NCBI GenBank assembly: GCA_038210625.1
Contig: JBBQWL010000041.1
Location: forward strand, 1,584-65,583
Direction of reading: 5' to 3'
Length of the DNA: 64,000 bases
From: Chitinophagales bacterium
GTDB lineage: Bacteria; Bacteroidota; Bacteroidia; Chitinophagales; Chitinophagaceae
The translations under genes and the position numbers were made by a program. Below, piece by piece: positions 58,773 to 64,000 of the stretch (positions within the stretch are counted from its first letter, which is position 1; each line of letters starts with the position of its first letter). A model generated the notes under the pieces. That model made no database searches and was not told the origin of the DNA. It was given only the letters and a program-made list of their open reading frames with translations.

Positions 58773-59984
58773 ATGAGTACATTTTCCGATTATAATTTCG
58801 CCGGCCAAAAAGCCCTTGTACGGGTAGACTTTAACGTTCCCCTAGATGCTCAGTTTAACATCACCGACGACACTAGAATGTCGGCTACTATACCTACAAT
58901 AAAAAAAATACTTGCGGACGGTGGCAGTGCTATTTTGATGAGCCATTTCGGTCGCCCGAAAGATGGCCCTACGGATAAGTATTCTCTAAAGCATTTGGTA
59001 AAACACCTGCACGAATTATTAAATACCGATGGCGGTAACACCACAAAAGTTTTTTTTGCAGATGATTGTATTGGAGAGCAAGCCAGCCTTACCGCTTCTA
59101 CATTAAGGGCAGGTGAAGTATTGTTGCTGGAAAATCTTCGTTTTTATAAAGAAGAGGAAAAGGGAGAAAAGGAGTTTGCAGAAAAATTAAGCAAACTGGG
59201 TGATGTGTATGTAAATGATGCATTTGGTACTGCCCACAGGGCGCACGCTTCTACCGCGGTAATTGCGCAGTTTTTTGCGGCTGACAAAAAAATGTTTGGC
59301 TTATTGATGGAAAGCGAAGTGAAGAGTGCGGAAAAAGTATTGCATGAATCAGAAAAGCCATTTACTGCAATCATAGGCGGGGCAAAGGTTTCGGATAAAA
59401 TTTTAATTATAGAAAATTTATTGGAGAGGGCTACCGACATTATTATTGGTGGTGGCATGGCCTATACATTTTTAAAAGCCCGGGGTGGAAAAATTGGGGG
59501 TTCTTTATGCGAGGATGATCGTTTACAAACGGCACTTGATATTTTAGAAAAAGCAAAACAAAAAAATGTAAGCATTCATTTGCCGGAAGACTCTATACTT
59601 GCGGATAAGTTTGCAGCCGATGCCAACACAAAGGATTGTCCCAGCGATCAAATACCTGATGGCTGGATGGGATTGGATATTGGCCCGAAAGCAATAGGTA
59701 TTTTTAGTGAAGTCATCCGCAATTCAAAGACCATTTTATGGAATGGTCCGATGGGTGTTTTTGAAATGGAAAAATTTCAGGGTGGTACTAAAGCAATCGC
59801 TCTGGCAGTTGCAGATGCAACCGCAAAAGGAGCGTTTAGCCTTGTAGGTGGCGGTGACAGCGTTGCAGCTGTAAACCAGTTTAATCTTGCAGACAAAGTG
59901 AGCTATGTAAGCACTGGAGGTGGCGCCATGCTGGAATATTTTGAAGGAAAAGTGTTACCGGGCATTGCTGCTATAAAAGGGTAA
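58773..59984 (+). CDS. pgk: Phosphoglycerate kinase
   Basis: [52 protein letters not shown]. Confidence 0.97.
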   Translation: MSTFSDYNFAGQKALVRVDFNVPLDAQFNITDDTRMSATIPTIKKILADGGSAILMSHFGRPKDGPTDKYSLKHLVKHLHELLNTDGGNTTKVFFADDCIGEQASLTASTLRAGEVLLLENLRFYKEEEKGEKEFAEKLSKLGDVYVNDAFGTAHRAHASTAVIAQFFAADKKMFGLLMESEVKSAEKVLHESEKPFTAIIGGAKVSDKILIIENLLERATDIIIGGGMAYTFLKARGGKIGGSLCEDDRLQTALDILEKAKQKNVSIHLPEDSILADKFAADANTKDCPSDQIPDGWMGLDIGPKAIGIFSEVIRNSKTILWNGPMGVFEMEKFQGGTKAIALAVADATAKGAFSLVGGGDSVAAVNQFNLADKVSYVSTGGGAMLEYFEGKVLPGIAAIKG

Positions 59985-60003
59985 TTAAACAATGTTTTGA
60001 TAA

Positions 60004-60050
60004 GGGTATCGTTAACCAGTAACATGTAGTTAACGATACCCTGTTTTTTT
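60004..60050 (+). terminator. Terminator after pgk
   Basis: GGGTATCGTTAAC/GTTAACGATACCC stem followed by a T-run. Confidence 0.75.
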
Positions 60051-60078
60051 TGTGGTATTTTTACAATCAATATCAACT

Positions 60079-60975
60079 ATGAAAAATCTAACTGCTATAC
60101 TGATTTTATTCAGTTCTCTCCAAAGCCTTGCCCAGGAAAATTCTAAATCTTTTTTTGTTCAGGCTGGTATATCCGCAAGCACTACTGCAAACTATTCCAT
60201 TAATGGTACCGATACGAGTTTACAAAGTGCCTTTACGCTTAGCCCTTTTTTTCGAGTAATGCATAAAAGTGGACTCGGTTTAAATTATGCCCTTAATATG
60301 TTATCAACAGGGGGTAAACAGGAGGTCTATATGAATACCGCTACTGCTTTTTATGAATCGTATGATAAACCCGTGAACCTGAATTTTAGTTATACTCATT
60401 TTTTCTTTTCCAACAATACCAATATTCCTTATACACCAATTAGTAATGAATTATATGGATATGTCGCCTATAAAAAATTATGGATTGCGCCCGCCTTTAT
60501 TACAAATATTGGTTTTGGGCAAGATGAAAACAATGTAACGCAGTCCGTTTTTAACCTGGCTGCAGGAGTAACCCATAATTTCAACTTTGTTTCCAAAGCA
60601 GGTAATGAAAATGATATTGCGCCTTCCATATTTTTAAATGGCGGTAACAATGAATTTTATTCCTTTCTAAGTTCCGTACACTATATCACGCAAAACACGG
60701 GGAGTAAAGGTTATTTAAATTCTTCAGCACATAGTCATGGCCGGGCAACCGGCAGAGGGAATAGTACATCCGGCTCTACATCAACTACCACCGCAACCCA
60801 ATCAGCGGCTACAAAGTTTACTTTAAATAATATAGAAGTCAATCTCTACTCAAGTTTTCATTTCGGAAATTTTGAACTGGTTCCCGATGGAAGTATTTTC
60901 ATTCCGGTGGTAGCCAACAGTTCCATTGCCGCATACTGGCAGTTGAAACTTGCCTATACTTTTGGCAAAAAATAA
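60079..60975 (+). CDS. Hypothetical secreted / outer-membrane beta-barrel-like protein
   Basis: Signal peptide from MKNLTAIL, alternating beta-strand pattern, C-terminal LAYTF; S/T/G-rich internal loop. Confidence 0.6.
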   Translation: MKNLTAILILFSSLQSLAQENSKSFFVQAGISASTTANYSINGTDTSLQSAFTLSPFFRVMHKSGLGLNYALNMLSTGGKQEVYMNTATAFYESYDKPVNLNFSYTHFFFSNNTNIPYTPISNELYGYVAYKKLWIAPAFITNIGFGQDENNVTQSVFNLAAGVTHNFNFVSKAGNENDIAPSIFLNGGNNEFYSFLSSVHYITQNTGSKGYLNSSAHSHGRATGRGNSTSGSTSTTTATQSAATKFTLNNIEVNLYSSFHFGNFELVPDGSIFIPVVANSSIAAYWQLKLAYTFGKK

Positions 60976-61171
60976 TTACACAATTACTGAATATTTTCGC
61001 TTAGTTAAAAAACTATTTTTCAAATATTATAAACCTTGGTTCGTCTTATTAGATACTGGGAAGAAAGAATATTTTTCTCTGTATAACTTTACTATTTTTG
61101 ACCTTATTATCGAAAAAAATGATAACTAAAAGATTGTTATATTTAAATCTCAAAATTAAAAATTAATCAAA

Positions 61172-61756
61172 ATGAAAAGTCCCGGATTATTAATAGTATT
61201 GGCTATTGTAGTAATAGTTGGTTTTTTAGGCTGCAATGGCTACAATGGTTTGGTTAAACAAGATGAATCTGTAAAGAAGGCATGGAACAATGTGCAGACT
61301 GAATACCAAAACAGGTCAGACCTTGTTGGTAACCTGGTGAATACTGTAAAAGGTGCCGCAAATTTTGAACAAAAAACATTAACTGATGTGGTGGAAGCCA
61401 GGGCAAAAGCTACCAGCGTAAATATCAACGCAGACAATCTTACACCAGAAAAAATAGCCGAATTTCAGGCTGCCCAAGGGCAATTAAGCGGCTCTTTAAG
61501 CCGTTTGCTTGCAACAGTAGAAGCTTATCCAACATTAAAAGCGACAGAAAATTTTACCAAATTACAGGGACAGCTGGAAGGAATTGAAAACGGTATCAAA
61601 AATTCCCGCAAAGTGTTCAATGACGAGATTAACATCTACAATACTAAAGTGCGTTCTTTTCCGATGAACATTTTGGGTGGCCTGTTTGGCTTTAAACAAA
61701 AAGAAGGATTTAAGGCAGATGCGGGAGCGGAAAAAGCACCTGAAGTTAAATTTTAA
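61172..61756 (+). CDS. lemA: LemA family protein (copy 1)
   Basis: GYNGLV, WNNVQTEYQNRSDLVGNLVNTVKG, EAYPTLKA, LEGIENGI; TATTTTTG box at 61093-61100. Confidence 0.92.
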   Translation: MKSPGLLIVLAIVVIVGFLGCNGYNGLVKQDESVKKAWNNVQTEYQNRSDLVGNLVNTVKGAANFEQKTLTDVVEARAKATSVNINADNLTPEKIAEFQAAQGQLSGSLSRLLATVEAYPTLKATENFTKLQGQLEGIENGIKNSRKVFNDEINIYNTKVRSFPMNILGGLFGFKQKEGFKADAGAEKAPEVKF

Positions 61757-61767
61757 GTAATTTTCGC

Positions 61768-62358
61768 ATGAACAATAAACGGTCGTCCGGTTATATTATT
61801 GGTGGAATATTAATTCTCCTGGGCATTTTTTTGGTTGTTACCTACAATGGGTTGGTTAAAAAAGAGGAGCAGGTAAAATTGCAATGGAATGAGGTGCAGA
61901 ATGCCTACCAGCGTAGGATTGATCTTATTCCGAACATTGTGAATGTTGTAAAAGGCCAAACGGATTTTGAACAGACCACGCTGCAGCAATTAACGGAGGC
62001 AAGGGCCAAAGCAACCGCTGTAAATGTTTCGTCAGGAAAAGTAAGTGCAGAAAAATTTAAGCAGCAATTAGCCGCACAAGATGGTTTGGCAGCTGCAACC
62101 AATCGTTTATTAATTACGGTAGAGAAATATCCTGAATTGCAGGGTGCTGCAGCCTTTAAGGGTTTACAAACGCAACTGGAAGGAACAGAGAGAAGAATAA
62201 AAGTCGCCCGCAAAGATTTCAACGATGCCATCCAGGATTATAACAGTTCAGTACGAAGCTTTCCTACAAAACTGGTTGCAGGGATGTTGGGTTTTAAGGA
62301 AAGAGAAGGCTTTCAGGCTGATGCAGGAGCAGAGAAGGCAGTAGAAATTAAATTTTAA
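61768..62358 (+). CDS. lemA: LemA family protein (copy 2)
   Basis: YNGLV, WNEVQNAYQRRIDLIPN, EKYPELQ, LEGTERRIKVARKDFN. Confidence 0.92.
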   Translation: MNNKRSSGYIIGGILILLGIFLVVTYNGLVKKEEQVKLQWNEVQNAYQRRIDLIPNIVNVVKGQTDFEQTTLQQLTEARAKATAVNVSSGKVSAEKFKQQLAAQDGLAAATNRLLITVEKYPELQGAAAFKGLQTQLEGTERRIKVARKDFNDAIQDYNSSVRSFPTKLVAGMLGFKEREGFQADAGAEKAVEIKF

Positions 62359-62367
62359 TTACTTACA

Positions 62368-62832
62368 GTGGGTATATTTTCAATTTTCAGCAAACCGAAA
62401 GGTTTTTTTTCTCCTCAGGACAATGAGCAGATAGTGCAGGCGATACGCATCGCGGAAAAAGAAACCAGTGGAGAAGTACGGGTGTATGTTGAAAGCCGCA
62501 ATCCTTTTGTAAATGTGATGGACCGGGCTTCTGAAATTTTCTTTCAATTAAAAATGGATAAAACGGATGACCGGAACGCAGTGCTGTTGTACATTGCTAT
62601 AAAAGATAAGGAACTGGCTTTGTTTGCAGATGAGGGGATATATAAAATGGTTGGTGGGGAGTATTGGGATAAGGAAGTAAAGAATATGATTGCACAATTT
62701 TCTAAAGAAAATATTAGTAATGGAATTGAGCAATGCGTGCTGCATGTTGGCCAAACACTCAAAGAGAAGTTTCCTTATAATAACACCACTGATAAAAATG
62801 AATTGCCGGATGAAATTGTGTTTGGCAGATAG
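62368..62832 (+). CDS. TPM domain-containing protein
   Basis: AIRIAEKETSGEVRV, RNAVLLYIA, ADEGI, DKNELPDEIVFG; GTG start. Confidence 0.88.
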   Translation: MGIFSIFSKPKGFFSPQDNEQIVQAIRIAEKETSGEVRVYVESRNPFVNVMDRASEIFFQLKMDKTDDRNAVLLYIAIKDKELALFADEGIYKMVGGEYWDKEVKNMIAQFSKENISNGIEQCVLHVGQTLKEKFPYNNTTDKNELPDEIVFGR

Positions 62833-62905
62833 TAGGAGCCTCACTTCCCCCCATTAAAAATAATTAAATAATTAAAAAAATATTTTCCCTTACCGGATCA
62901 GGAGC

Positions 62906-63706
62906 ATGAAAAAAATTACCTCCATATTATTTTTTGTATTCGTTGCAATATTGGCGGTGGCACAGCCCGGTTCAAATTTTTCCATTGATAAAGTAATCAG
63001 TACACCGCCCAACCCGCCCAAGCTTGTAAATGATTATGCCAATATATTAACGCCGGACCAAAAAGAAGCGCTTGAAAGTAAATTGTACCACTTTGATGAT
63101 ACAACATCTAACCAGGTAACGGTTGTAATTGTGCCCAGCGTAGAAGGGAAAGATATTGCTGACGTTGCAATTGAACTGGGAAGGAAGTGGGGAGTGGGTA
63201 ACAAAAAAAGTAACAATGGTGTAATATTATTGGTTTCTATTGGCGACCGAAAGCTAAATATCTCGCCAGGTTATGGTCTTGAAAAATCATTACCCGATTT
63301 AACCTGTCAGCAAATCATTGAACAAATAATTGTGCCTGAGTTTAAAGGCAACGACTATTACGCCGGCATTAACCAGGGTACAGATGCGATCATTGAAGCA
63401 ACAAAAGGTGAGTTTAAAGCATCCAAAAATTATAACCAGCGGGGGCAATCATCCGGCCTCGGCAAGATTATTTTTATTGTCATTATCATCATCGTATTTC
63501 TTGCCATCAGTTCCGGCGGCCGCGGAGGTGGCGGCTCTTACATGAGCAGGGGTGGAGTAATGCCTTATATTATTGGTGGCTTGCTCAGTGGCGGCGGAAG
63601 AGGCGGCGGCGGTTTTGGCGGCGGTGGTGGAAGTTCCGGTGGCGGTGGTTTTGGTGGTTTCGGTGGCGGCAGCTTCGGCGGCGGCGGATCAAGCGGTAGC
63701 TGGTAA
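62906..63706 (+). CDS. TPM domain protein with TM and Gly-rich tail (YgcG-like)
   Basis: VNDYANIL, WGVG...NNGVILLV, GYGLE, FGGFGGGSFGGGGSSGSW. Confidence 0.9.
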   Translation: MKKITSILFFVFVAILAVAQPGSNFSIDKVISTPPNPPKLVNDYANILTPDQKEALESKLYHFDDTTSNQVTVVIVPSVEGKDIADVAIELGRKWGVGNKKSNNGVILLVSIGDRKLNISPGYGLEKSLPDLTCQQIIEQIIVPEFKGNDYYAGINQGTDAIIEATKGEFKASKNYNQRGQSSGLGKIIFIVIIIIVFLAISSGGRGGGGSYMSRGGVMPYIIGGLLSGGGRGGGGFGGGGGSSGGGGFGGFGGGSFGGGGSSGSW

Positions 63707-63724
63707 TTTCAAAATAATTTACAT

Positions 63725-63758
63725 AAAAAATCCCAACTTTTAACGGTTGGGATTTTTT
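63725..63758. terminator. Bidirectional terminator
   Basis: AAAAAATCCCAAC/GTTGGGATTTTTT stem between convergent genes. Confidence 0.75.
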
Positions 63759-63774
63759 GTTAAGATTATGACAT

Positions 63775-64000
63775 TTACTGAATTAGCGACTCTTTAATGT
63801 ATGTGTCAATTTCTTTCCCCTTTGCCTTACCGAGCACATCGAAGGCTTGTTTAAATGCAGGGTCACTCATGTTTCGGTATTGTGCCGGAATACTTTTTCT
63901 AACGGCCATAACAGCATTGATGCTTTTTTTAATTTTACTGATATCTTTTACTTTGGTAAGATATTTTACAATGCCAAAGGCCATCCCTATTTTTTCCTGG
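63775..64000 (-). CDS. Hypothetical protein, C-terminal part (start outside window)
   Basis: Frame stays open to the right edge (..QEKIGMAFGIVKYLTK...KESLIQ*). Confidence 0.55.
   Translation of the reverse strand, partial: QEKIGMAFGIVKYLTKVKDISKIKKSINAVMAVRKSIPAQYRNMSDPAFKQAFDVLGKAKGKEIDTYIKESLIQ

Noticed and set aside
15-63545. Numerous 60-170 aa ORF-track entries antisense to or nested in long genes (e.g. 13720-14238, 34967-35428, 45469-45933)
   Set aside because: Shadow ORFs overlapping well-supported genes, with no family motifs
63520-63706. GGC/GGT-rich repeat tract
   Set aside because: Encodes the normal Gly-rich tail of TPM/YgcG proteins

Overview
Bacteroidota chromosome segment, probably Chitinophagaceae (inferred from gldJ/porV/porP and recurring TAnnTTTG -7 promoter boxes). 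It is mostly housekeeping genes: fmt, pepT, prmC, ribD, hbd, gcdH, pyrF, kynU, aroK, ftsK, murF, ispF, dut, bshA, upp, anmK, ade, gap, pgk and lemA/TPM. I see no rRNA, tRNA, CRISPR array, prophage or transposase. The unusual signal is in the intergenic DNA of 10-30 kb. (i) A four-helix-bundle gene is bracketed almost exactly by two 28-bp inverted arms built from 4 heptamers each, and an 'empty' copy of related arms lies between exbB and exbD. (ii) A 104-bp x ~2.9 tandem array of hairpin units with 9-mer-periodic arms lies upstream of gcdH. (iii) ~125-bp imperfect inverted repeats enclose gcdH, and their GTACAAGAGTGCGACGC core occurs four times in the window. (iv) There are GTAG-type REP palindromes and a further GCCGTTAAGGCG repeat family. 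Also seen: a nonsense-split glycerophosphodiesterase, a YdeI-family gene remnant, a hicBA insertion ahead of pyrF, absence of porU between gldJ and porV, and several genes whose start codon lies 4-6 nt after the -7 box. All protein calls come from motif recognition by eye; no database search was run.
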